A stretch of DNA of 62,251 bases, filler included, from Sphacelaria rigidula (Eukaryota): the NCBI GenBank assembly GCA_964200075.2. It is 5 parts of 5 records of this genome, joined end to end, with 100 filler letters (N's around TTAATTAATTAA, not from the genome) between each part and the next. Parts side by side here need not be neighbours in the genome. Positions count along the whole stretch, not along the records: positions 1 to 12,372 come from CAXNAA020003845.1; 4 more parts are not named here. One strand, given 5' to 3'. The translations under genes were made by a program, and so were the position numbers. Shown here piece by piece: positions 1 to 11,465 of the stretch. The notes below the pieces were generated by a model. The model had not been told where the DNA came from, did no database searches, and saw only the letters and a list, made by a program, of their open reading frames with translations. Position 1 is the first letter of the stretch; each line of letters begins with the position of its first letter.

Positions 1-64
1 AATGGAGGGATGGGACTTCAACCTCATATTTTGTTTCAACCCCAAAAATTAGGATCGGCTGTTA

Positions 65-496
65 CTTGGGGATGGATCCTTTTTTAGTGGGGATGAGAAA
101 CCCGGAGAATTAAAATCTTCGTATCCACACCAAATCTTCGAAATATGGTTCCATTGCTTCACCTACTGATAGCTGTTGACAATTGCTACACGCCATAGAA
201 ATTTTGATTTCGATCACCGAAATGTTGGGGTCCTAGGTGGAGGAAAAGTTGTTGGGAATTCCGGGTGTCCAAACGGACGCCAAAATGATTCCGAAATTGT
301 TTTTTCACCTAGGACCCCAATATTTCGGTGATCGAAATCCAAATTTCCATGGCGTGTAGAAATTGTCAATAGCTATCAGTAGGTGAAGAAATGGAACCAT
401 TTTTCGAAGATTTGGTGTGGATAGGAAGATTTTAATTCTTTGGGTTTCTCATCCCCAATAAAAGATGCATCCCCAATTTGTAAGATGCCGTGTTTA
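65..496. mobile_element. Foldback/MITE-like palindromic element, copy 1 (left end slightly truncated)
   Basis: The left arm TTGGGGATGGATCC..GGGGATGAGAAACCC..AAAATCTTC is the reverse complement of the right arm GAAGATTTT..GGGTTTCTCATCCCC..ATCCCCAATTTGTAAG. Highly similar to 16352-16788 on a different scaffold. Confidence 0.8.
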
Positions 497-1136
497 ACGG
501 CGTTGTTGGCTGATCTCTAGAAAAAATATCGAAAAATATCGATACCGTATCTTGGAGGAATCGTCATCTACTGTACGAGGGGGCAATGGACTTTACCTGG
601 GTGTTTACCGTGGTTCAAGTACAGAAAGGTAATTTCAGAGTAGCTATTCTTCCGGAGGCATGTCGGACGAGTCAGCGCGGGACGTTTGAGCCCTGTCCAC
701 CTCACTGACTGTGACAAGCAGACGTAAATTCACAGGAGCGCTACAGTGTATTTGGCGCCACGTGGTGCTAACTAACTTACTGCGTGGACTCTAGGCGTGC
801 TTGGCGAGTGACAGAGTAACCGGCAACAGCGTTTTCGTGAGATTGAGAATAGAGGATGCGATTGAGATTGAAAAGCGGTCGATTGCTGAATGAACAATTT
901 CAGTTCCGAAATGCCCCTCCATGAGGCCCGATACGATTTCTGCAATTTCTCGCCACTGAAGCCCTTCCTTGGTATCCCTGGGTAGGATATCGATGTGTAG
1001 CTGTAAGCACATGCTAGTGTTACAGGCAAAGAAAAGCACACGCAAAGTAAGAGATTGGTCAAGTTAAAGCGAATGATTAAACCCACTCTCAATCAACGCT
1101 CTATGCTCAATCTCACGAAAACTTTGTTCGGCGTAG

Positions 1137-1384
1137 GAGTCATGCTACGATAGGGGGGGGTATTTGGGGCCGTTTTCCTCCACGAAATTCTACTTGAAAT
1201 CGTCATTAAAAGCAGCAACGGTTGTTCAAACGCGCTTGCTTCCGATAAATAATGCTTATTCACACTGCTTGACACCGGATTTACTCATATACAAGCGCAC
1301 CGCGAGTGTGTCAGATCGTCTGAAGCATTAATGAGCCAATTATTTGTGGAATCAAACACCCTTCCCCCTATCGTAGCATGACTC
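1137..1384. mobile_element. MITE with GAG...CTC terminal inverted repeats
   Basis: TIRs are GAGTCATGCTACGATAGGGGG (1137) and CCCCCTATCGTAGCATGACTC (ends 1384). Flanks are GTAG/GTGG. The same left end recurs at 62180. Confidence 0.75.
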
Positions 1385-1449
1385 GTGGTGTGGTTTCATC
1401 ATTCCGCCAGGAGCTATGATGACTTGATGAGATCTCATCATGTGACCAT

Positions 1450-1554
1450 AAACCCAACATAGACCAACCCCGACCCAACCCCAACCCTAACCGTGATCCT
1501 AACCCCAACGGGATGCAAACCATGGGCTCTCGTGGACAAGGGGGTCCACACTAG
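1450..1554 (+). repeat. Degenerate telomere-like (CCCTAA/CCCCAA) tract ending in a short hairpin + CTAG
   Basis: AACCCCAACCCTAACCGTGATCCTAACCCCAAC, then the hairpin GTGGAC-AAGGGG-GTCCAC (1532-1549) and CTAG (1551-1554). Confidence 0.4.
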
Positions 1555-3423
1555 AGACAGTCACAGTACCCACAGAGCCAAGTGTTTCATGTACTCATGA
1601 CGTAAATATGAAGTAACAATTGCGACGTTCCTTGTCCTGGGTCAATTCCATGTACCTAGTTTTTATTGATCTATCGTCAAGTATGCTTGTCATGGTTTGG
1701 TGAGGTGCCCGGGTCGGCATCATTTTCACTCTAATGAAAGCAAGACCCGGGTGATACACCCTGACGTCCATAGTCAGCACGTTGGTAGTCCCAACCCAGC
1801 AAGAATCATGCCGGTTTTCTGAAACCTTGCAAGTTTGCACACGAGCCAACGAATAAAATTCAAGTGGAATTTCGGCTCAAGTAAATCCCATGCAGAATGT
1901 TCGAACCTCAAGAAAATCATTGATTCCTTGACGACGATACCCCCGTTTGTAGTAAGCTGGGAAACCCTCATCGATGATGAGACTTCCGATTGAGATTCGG
2001 CGTGAGACGCTCCACACAAGAATCAATAATGTAAATGCAGCGCAACCGTCAAGGGGACGCTGGTGTGCGACACAAGGTACCGCAACTCGAGCGTACAATT
2101 CACGGATCTCATGCCTACAGACAAAAAACGACCAATGTGGTATAAAATGAATACACGACCACTACTGTATGTCACACTGCCTGTGCCAAGCTCGGGAGAG
2201 GCAGACATGTGTGACACGAAAAACAGATGCCAAACCCTCGTCAACGAAAAGTGTTTTCTCGAACACCATTCGAACACCCAAGCAATCGCATCAAGTGCAA
2301 TACCCCCAATGCCGAAAAACACCAGTATGCTCCAGGAGGAATCATCTCTCGGCCTCGGTATGCTAGCACCCTCGCATTTCAACATGTACCGCACGTTTTC
2401 CGCCGAAAGCCGACACAAATCGATAGCTTGCCATAGGAAGCCCAGAGGTTTGCACAGTTCCGCCGTGTCACTCCGAGCCTGACTTCATGCTGACAAATGT
2501 CAAATGATCCCGTTGTGTGCTTACGTAGTGGTGGCTGTGACGACAAGCGACAGATGGAGATTCTATACACGCTGTCTATTCTAAACTAACTCAAAGGAAG
2601 ACCCACGTCTGCGCGCATTCGCGGCGCGTCAGTAGTTGTGGACATGTATCCGACATCTGGGTCATACATTCCATCGGGCACAACAACCACAAAAAAATCG
2701 AGCATCAACCACTGGTCGCGACATCGTCGCGACATGAACATTAGCACACGTACGGCACGAACCTCGTGGCGAACAAAGCAATCGTCAGCTCAGTCCTCCC
2801 TGCATAAGGGTTCGCCAAAAACAATCAACCCGTGTCCCAAAAAAACTCATACAACTGCGTGCCGGAACGCGTCAGAGGCACGGGTGCGAGTGCCGCACAG
2901 TCTGAGGAACGCACACAGCGGATCAGCGACCTCCACGCGGGCTCCTATACGAACCAAAAAAGAGCATTCACTCGTAGTTTGAAATCCACTTACGGCGTTC
3001 ACTTGGATACACCAATCTCCACCAAGACTACTACCACCAGTACCACCCCATGCACGAGGGCAAGGGCGAGAAGCAACACACACACACAAATGGCGGTGTG
3101 ACAGCATGGGAACGAACGGATGTCAACCACTCCTACGCAATAGGCATCAACCATAGATAAAATTTCCCATACCGACCACGCTTTGCCCACTATCTTCTTT
3201 ACTACGTCGTACTTTTTCAGACGAATCTCCGAGTTTTTCGGGGCGCGGGGGGGGGGGGGGGGGGTCGCCCACAAAATCGTGAGAATGCACGAACGAAGGA
3301 AATGCAAAGGCTACGCTAAGCAAGACAAAAAGAAAACCCCTNNNNNNNNNNCGCCCCGCCCGCGCTCGGCGCTGCTTTTTGGTCGATGTGTCTTTTTGGG
3401 AGGGGGGGCGGGTGGGGGGGGGT

Positions 3424-3457
<34 letters not shown>

Positions 3458-3762
3458 ATCTTCTCCGACAAATGTGAGAGCAGGTACTCAACAAGGTCAG
3501 GCAATAGATCAGTTGAGGACTGACAACAGGCTACTCCGAAAATTTAGCGATATATATATATATATATACATAAATATTCGTGGAGTCGGGAAAAAGTCGA
3601 GAAATTCTGAAAAGTTACTTTTACCCTTCAACCGCGAGGGTGGTCCACGTGAACTATGCATACTGTTTTTCAAGAAGACTTCATCCCGATTCAACAGATG
3701 ACCAACTTTCGCCGCTTAAGGGTTGATAATACTCGTACCCCTAGCCGACAACACATTTGGCT

Positions 3763-6700
3763 CTACTTCACGAGCACGTACATGAAGTACGTTGAGTGCG
3801 CGCCTTCCCCGATCTCCTTGAACAGAGACTTCGACCAGGGCGCGTGTGTTCGCCCTGCGGACGTGGTCAAGAGGTCCAATCGAGCTTCGGGGTCCTCTGT
3901 AGTTACCTATCACAAAACAAATAAAGAAAAAAAAAAACGTTGTGTTGGGAATACAACGTGTTCACGGAGTAAACAAAAATCGATTGGGGTGCGTACAATC
4001 CAACACAGGGTACCTTAATTATAACAATGACATACATCCACAAGATTACACACCTGCAGAAACACGCCTCCTTTCGCCAAAACGCGGTGTATCTCGGCAG
4101 CCATCCCCTGTGCATCCTCCACACTGCGGCACAGCAGCGCATCCAGCGTTCCCTTGTCGACAACAGCGTCAAAGTCGCCCTCGCGAAATGGGAGGCTGAG
4201 TGCATTTGCGCGGTGGACGGAATAGTTGTCGAGACCAACATGTCTGGCCTTCATGATACGGACAGCGCTGGGACTAGCGTCGGCGTCACTGATGTGCGCA
4301 TCCAGACCAGGCTCGCTGGCAAGCTTCGGGCCCACTTCGGATGTGCCGCATCCCACGTGAAGCACCCTGTGGACAAAATATCGCGATAATCGTGATATTT
4401 TCAACGAAGAACATGCAAAAAAAGGGCGCAAGATTAGTTTTGAATCCTTTTGAGAGTCCAGGTCATCAGTTGGATGTACTTTTTTTCTTTTGGGAGGGGG
4501 GGGCGTTTTTGGGATGGGGGGGGCGAGGGAGAGGGGCGCTCATTCGGAATAGTTCTGATGAAAATGTAACACCTATCCAGACAGGGAAAGTTATGCCATT
4601 CGGTTGGTGTCACTGTGTAGGGGCTCGCCATTTCGGAAGGACCATCGCCTTCAACAGTGCTGTGTGGGGTGGACCTCCGCAATCGTGGCATTTGCAAGGT
4701 AAGAAACATGCCCAACGAGGAGGAAAACAAACTTGTCTTGGCATTTGCGGAATTCGTTGTCATAGTGCTTCAGCGAAATTACGACGTCTGTCGATAGCCA
4801 CTACCAGGTACCCTTCGAGGTTCAGGCACAGCCTACGGTCGGGGGAAAACTACATGAATATCAGATACACCTGTTGGGTTCGCCGTTGTGAACAGGTGTT
4901 CTGGTGTCTGGACCAGTATGATGGCCGTATCACGGGGGCAGTTTACACCGCTACCAAAGCTGAACCTGAAATGTATCCCCAAAGTGCTCAGGTAAACATC
5001 AACGCAATCGTTCCCAATTAATTATCACTGTACCCGTTTGATGGTTGATCGGTCAGATGCAGCTGTCGGGTTCAAAGGAGCAGTTCCCGAATAAAATTAT
5101 TTTTTCGGTGTTGATTGGCTGCATAATGGATTTGTTCGTGTTATGAACGCTCAGACAGCGAGCGTCGCCTCGGAACAGTTTCACAGTTTAACAGTTCAGG
5201 AACGTCCGGGGGTTTCCAGGGGGGGGCGGGCGTACTCATTTGTTGCTTGCCTTAGTCATGTGACCATTGATACCGCATTCCTTTCGAGACGGGGCAACGG
5301 ATGGTCTTTGACAGGGGGGTGGGGACCTGTTCGAAGAACAGCCGAAAACCTAACTGCGTCAACCATGATTGTTTGGAAGTCTCTGACGGGTGTCGCCAGA
5401 GGAGACACAGTACACATACCGACTGCACGCAGTAGACTGCAGGGTCCGAACCGGTCAGGGGTTCTCCAGGACTGTTTACCATATAGTTGCCCAACATCGA
5501 CATCTTTATTAAAAAAGGCGTTTAGCGTAGCGAAAAAAGAGTTAATCTGAACCTCAATCATGGCATAGTCCAGTTTCCGTCCACCTGCGGGGGGTCGCTA
5601 TCTAAGCTTTAATCAGTTGGCCGCCGGAAGTCTCCAATCGTCCCTGGATCGCCTCCTAAAAATCGCGCGAAAAAGTGGCGACTTCAGCCATATTGACATC
5701 ACGCGAGTGAGAGGTTCGAGACTCCGGATTTCTGCGGAGGGGGGTGTAATTCGGGGTAAGTGCGTGACATGGAAGGGCACTAATAATAAAACTAAGATAG
5801 ACCAAGATCACCCCTCTCTGTTGAAATGAGGCGATCTGACACCTCCAGCGGTCAAGCACGAATCGAGCACGTTTTTTTCCGTACGTCCGACAGCACATTT
5901 CCGCATTTTTGCAGCCATGGGCTTGTGTGCTAGTGTTTGATGACAGTCCCCAGTGCAACTCCAACTAGACGAGAGCGATGACGGAGAACACCGCACGGTG
6001 ACTTGTCCTGTATTCTCGAAAGACGACCCTCAGTGGTTCACTGTCAATGCTTCGTCACATGAACATATCGCTCAATTAAAACACAGGCAAATAAATGGTC
6101 TCTGGCCAGCGGTAGCGGGATCACCATCTCTCATCATCTCCTTTGCACCGTTGCATACACCGTGGTGCCAGTATATTTCCTCCGCAGACTGCTGTACTAT
6201 CATACTGTATGCACACTGCCATCTACATCCTTCTGTAAACAGACAGTACCGGCTGTACAGTGGTGTTTGTTCGTCTGCACTGCAAGTTGTTCGAACTTTT
6301 TCCTCATCACTCTAAATGCAGACAGTACAGACAGTCTGTATTGTCTGTACTACATCTTGTTCTAATTTTCTTGATATAGTGCATGGTTGCACATATCCCG
6401 GGGGACTGTCACCCGGATATTGTACCGAAACGAGGCCGGCGCTCAACGGGTTGAACCACTTCTTGTGGGACCAAACGCATAAATCGATTAAACACACATA
6501 ATTTTTCCCTTCGTCAGCGCTCTTCGCGTGAAGAGACGGCAAGGCGAATGGGGCCACCTTTGAGTGACGTGCTCTACCCTCTCAAAAGATTTTGACACAC
6601 TTCGACAATATTTGGTGCGCGTAGTTTTTTTCGTTTTTTTTTTCCTTAGAGCGTGTTTCAGTCTCGCTTTTGTTGGGTACGTCTATCATGACACCACGGC

Positions 6701-8195
6701 TGGACCCCTGGGGGGTCAATTAAAGTGCGACGATCAATCTATCAATCGATCAAAACATCAATCAGCAGTTTGACGTTTGAGCCGACGAGAAGGGGTGCAA
6801 AATCGACGAAGTCCTCTCAGATCGTGGAGCCAGTTATTCAGAGGTGACACTGTCCGCCTGACCGTTTTTTTCGCGTGAACACACGCTGCTGAAGAGCGAA
6901 CATATAAATTTTTGACCGTATTGTGCTTTCAAGTCTAATGGCAATTGGTCTTACCCCGTGTCCCGAGATTCCACCGCATCTGCCCACAGCCATTTCCATT
7001 ACCCCGCATGATATGTCCCATGCCTCCAATGACAAGTCACCGTGGTGACGGCGCAGTGATGATGGCGCAGGCTGGCGTGGAGCGGTTGGTTAGGTCGTGG
7101 CTAGGTTTGATCCCGCGCTCCCGTTCGGTCATTTCTGACCTTAACCCACCATACAGGGTGGGAGCTCGACATCTTGCTTCTCGCGTAAAAAAAAAAGACG
7201 CTGTTGGTCCGTTCACTGCAGATTCGTGAGACATGAAGAGGAGATCTTTAGAAATGAGAGACTAAGAATGATATCACTCGAATTGGGTTTCGAAGTAAGT
7301 GATCAATAGATAGTACAGCGCTGTGCCGAAGCAACGTCGCTTGCTCACCGTTTGCACACGGACATCGACTGCAAAAAAGGCAGCAGATGTTGCCGCAGAC
7401 CACCTTCGTAGGGAAGGAACCACTCGAACGGCTCGAGCTGCTCCTGCTGGCTAGCGTACTGCATGACCGCAAGAGAGAGGCACATAGAATGACGAGACGA
7501 CGCAAAACGTACGCACAAAGTGCGTATCCATTAATGACAGAATCAAAATAGAAAAACATTGATATAACATGCAATGTACCACCCGAATTCACTGTCGAGA
7601 CAGACAGCCCACCTCAGTTCAGGGAGGGCGGTAGTGTGGGTGATGATGGCACCCCCGCCCGGAATACATCGACCACTCCATCGAAAGCGATCGAAGGTGC
7701 TTAGGGGGCGTCTACCACGTACAGTAAGTAGAGCTCCACACCTACGCTGCCTACATCATGACACGTAAATAATTTGAGGCTTGAACAAATAATGCACACC
7801 ACAGTTACTACACCCGTGCGTAAGTCCAGATAAACACTAGTATATATATATATATATATATATCAATTTATGAATCGCACAACACGACGCACGACCTCAC
7901 CCAAAAGAGGGGCGGGAACCGAGCATCGTGCTTGAGCCCCCCAAGAAAACAAGACAAAAATAACCTGCGCGGAGTACTCCCCCTCCCAGAAAGAAGGATC
8001 TCCGAACTTTGCGGTAACAGAATCCGTAGAGAATCTCTCGGCCAAACCGCTGGTAAAAGGCGTCACACCCGATGCACCGGTCGCGGCCCCTAAGATTCCC
8101 GTGGGGATACCCGTACTATACGAAAGCAGAGCTCTCTGCCCGGACCGCAGAGCGGTGCGCACAGGGGTAGCGAAGGCCAGCTGACGGAGTGCCAT
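3763..8195 (-). CDS. Class I SAM-dependent protein-lysine methyltransferase, METTL12/CSKMT-like (EEF1AKMT4/METTL13 family), with putative mitochondrial presequence; complete, 4 exons
   Basis: Exons 8195-7965, 7443-7349, 4366-4054, 3906-3763, all GT-AG with consistent phases. Protein: MALRQLAFATPVRTALRSGQRALLSYS...FGDPSFWEGEYSAQ-EQLEPFEWFLPYEGGLRQHLLPFL...RVLHVGCGTS...DADAS...FDAVVDKGTLDALL...EIHRVLAKGGVFLQ-VTTEDPEARL...TYFMYVLVK*. Contains the W..Y, F(D/E)W, motif I GCG and DKGTxD family motifs. Confidence 0.88.
5155..5612 (+). repeat. Dispersed repeat family member (in the methyltransferase intron)
   Basis: Blocks CGCCTCGGAACAGTTTCACAG, GTACTCATTTGTTGCTTGCCTTAG, TTTCGAGACGG and GGCATAGTCC..GTCCACCTGCGGGGGG recur at ~25200-25270, ~49960-50120 + 50686-50733 and, reversed, at ~52999-53070. 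Confidence 0.65.
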
Positions 8196-8237
8196 TGCTG
8201 CGAGGATTTACGGAGATACAGGAACGGAGAGACAAAC

Positions 8238-8269
<32 letters not shown>

Positions 8270-10395
8270 GGGCAGGCAGTTCGAATATGGTTAGATCGCA
8301 CTTTTGGAGTAATGGGTTGATTTCGAATATTTCATTTGTTCCCCAGTTTCGGGCGATGGCTCGACGGTACTACGGTATTCGTCGGTAAGTATGCCACGAG
8401 CTGTAATGTAGAGGGGCGGCTGCTAGAAACACGCTAACCCTCGCCGGGGAAATGCGCGCCCAATGCCCAACCAGTGTACCCATATGTGAGAGTCCATCAG
8501 ATATACGAGCTGGGCCAGCAAAATTACAAAATCTTTGAATTACCCACAGCATCGCCAAAATACATTCAAAAATCACTATCGGCTGGCCCAGCCTGTACCG
8601 GCACTGCCGTCTTACAACTATGGTAGCGCGCCCATGATTGCCTTCGAACACCCGAGCGATGTCGTAAAAAATGTTTGAAGTTGATTCCCGCCGGTAATTC
8701 ACCTTCATTTTCGGGAATAATCAGAAAGTTTCAGAAGTTTTTGATGACCACTCGTTGTGCCCGGGTCTTTTCTTGTGCCCGTGGATGCATCGATGCACAT
8801 TAATCATGCCGAACCGGCATTTCTGAGCTCACCCGATCACCGGCTATACTTTGGTCCATACGTTGCACCACAAGACCGCCTGGACAAGGTTGAAAGGGCA
8901 ATCCAGAAATATCACGTACGAAAAAAATAGTATCAAACCTACCATTCGAAATCTATCTCAACTGGGGTACGGCGGGTTTACGTGACCGGCCGCTCTTTGG
9001 CGCATGGCCGTGTGGAGCGAGTCTATGTTTCAGTACATTTTCCTATTCGATATCCCTGAAGGATTCCGAGCAAAACTAGCGCGATGCTTCAATTCTTCAT
9101 ATTTGGTTCAATATGGTACATCTGGGGGGCCGAAAACACGATGGTATACCTTTTTTAGACGTGGGCCCACATTCGGACGCCCCCTGTCGTTGCAAGTTTT
9201 GAGAAAATCGAGCAAGAAGAGAATGCCTGCGTCCCTCGGGAAATCTTTCAACGATCTCTTTCTCTTCGTCAAAGGTATCTACAACCTAACGCCACCTTTC
9301 GAGCAACACCAACCGGGGACGAGTGTACAAAAGGAGCCAAACAGACGATGTGTGCGTATTGTGAAACAGTCAACCGTGTTCTCCGCTACTGCTGCAAAAA
9401 AAAAAATAGCGCGATGTAGCATTTGACCTATTTTGATCCATTCTCTAATGAGGGATATCCGTGCACATGCACGATCTTGACTCCTCTCGGTCCTGGGGTT
9501 CAATAACTATCAAAAGCGCCCTGCATTTGCTAGCCGATCGCTAGGGTAGATAATGACACCTGTAATTATAATCAAGCACACACGCCAACAAACGCGTGCA
9601 GTCTGTGAGGATAACATCCTGCATCCGTCACAGTACTACAGCAGGACATACAGTACAGTGAGAGAGCACAGCACAGCACACCACTGCGTCGCACCGCACG
9701 AGTTAACAGTGCTGCACCAGCGATTTTTTCAACACGCCTCCGTATTTCTGTAGATGACAGATATCGCGCGATTCTGGGTTGGGTGCTACAGTACATACAC
9801 TTTACCCGTTCTTCATAAACGCGGGGTACAACACGTTTTGGGTGTGAGCGACTTTGGAATATTTTCGATGCATGAAATATATAAAGGGCGAATGACAGTC
9901 GATACTTTGCAGCAAACAAATGGAGGTGGCGTAGGATGAGGAAGACGCAGGTTGTCCCTGTCACTGCTTTTGGTGTTCATCACCCTCTCTGCACAGACTA
10001 GCCCTACGGCGTTGCGAGAGACTGTTGCTCTCGTACTATATCGCGGTATCACCTTCATGACGCCCGAGATCTTGGGTGTTCTAATCGTCCTATTGCAAAA
10101 CGGGTTCATATTACCCTCGTCAACTCAACATCATGATTGACGTCCGATGACTTGGCGAAAAAATTAAACGGTTCAAAACCCCACTTGACTTCAGCGAGAA
10201 CTGCGCCTGGGCGGCTTTGTTCTGGATTGCTGCAAAAACAACATGCCAAAATCTCCTGCACCACATCGTCTTTTGGAACGAGAAACACATGCACATCGCA
10301 GAGGGACCAGTGGCAGTTTTTCGCAAAAGATTTGACGGGGCCGTATTCATGCCGCCATCGAAACAACGCGATACTGTAGAAGGTGAACAACCTTC

Positions 10396-11465
10396 AGAGG
10401 GCAGGTCGAGTAGAGTATGTACTTTCGAATACTTGAGTAAAATACCCGAGTATTTACTCTACTCAAATTTTGGGCAGATTGAGTACGACCTCAAATACTC
10501 TACTCAAATTTTGGGGTAATTGAGTACGACCTCAAATACTCTACTCAAATAGTGGGAAGCACTCTCAGCAATACTCGGGTATATAGTACCACTTGGGTAT
10601 GACCTCAATACTCTGCTCAAATATTGGGTATATTGAGTACGACCTCAAATACTCTACTCAACTTTGAGTAGATTGAGTGCGACCTCAAATGCTCTACTCA
10701 AACATTGGGCAAGTACTCTCAGTAATACATGATTATGGAGTATCACTTGGGTATGACCTTAATACTCTACACAATTTTGGGTAGATTGAGTACGACCGCA
10801 AATACTTTACTCAGATTTTGGGTAGATTGAGTACGACCTCTAATACTCCACTCAAACTTTGAGTAAGCACTCTCAGTAATACTCAGGTATAAAGTATCAC
10901 TTGGGTGTGATGAGTAACCGTGACCGTCGGCGATGTCGTGATGTCACTGCACAGACTATGTTGAACACATGGGAGAAGGATGGCCATCAATGACATGAGT
11001 GATGTTCCGCCATGGGCTACGATGAGTATGAGATATCTTGCGTACGAACGTGAATACTAAACTTATACCCAACGTTTTGGTAAACCGGGTCCGGCCTCAG
11101 ACACTCTACCAAACCTCCGGTTAGATTGGGTATGACCTCAAATGCTTTACTCGATTTTTGAGTAGACTGAGTACGACCTCAAATATTCTCCTCAACTTTT
11201 TGGTAGATTGAGTATGACCTCAAATACTCTTAACAAGTTTTGGGTAGATTGAGTACGACCTTAAATACTCTACTCAAATGTTGGCAAGCACTCTCAGCAA
11301 TACTTGGGCGTAGAGTATCACTCGGATATGACCTCCATACTCTACTCAATTCTTGGGTAGATTGAATACGACCTCAAATACTCTACTCAAAAAATTGAGT
11401 ACCAAAAGTATGAATTTTCGAAAAAAAAAACGAGTATGGAGTATACTCTACTCGACCTGCCCTTG
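10396..11465. mobile_element. Non-autonomous TIR DNA transposon (hAT-like TSD) carrying an internal ~39-bp tandem array
   Basis: TIRs are AGGGCAGGTCGAGTAGAGTAT (10398) and ATACTCTACTCGACCTGCCCT (11443-11463). Direct repeat CAACCTTC at 10388-10395 and 11466-11473. Internal units resemble GAGTACGACCTCAAATACTCTACTCAAATTTTGGGTAGATT. Confidence 0.85.

Noticed and set aside
3240..3460. Poly-G/poly-Pro ORFs and G-quadruplex cluster (also 37190-37315)
   Set aside because: These lie next to N gaps or scaffold ends and look like low-quality sequence or homopolymer artefacts.
10440..11400. CRISPR array
   Set aside because: The units are degenerate and contiguous, with no unique spacers and no cas genes. 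The array is enclosed by TIRs and a TSD in eukaryotic DNA.
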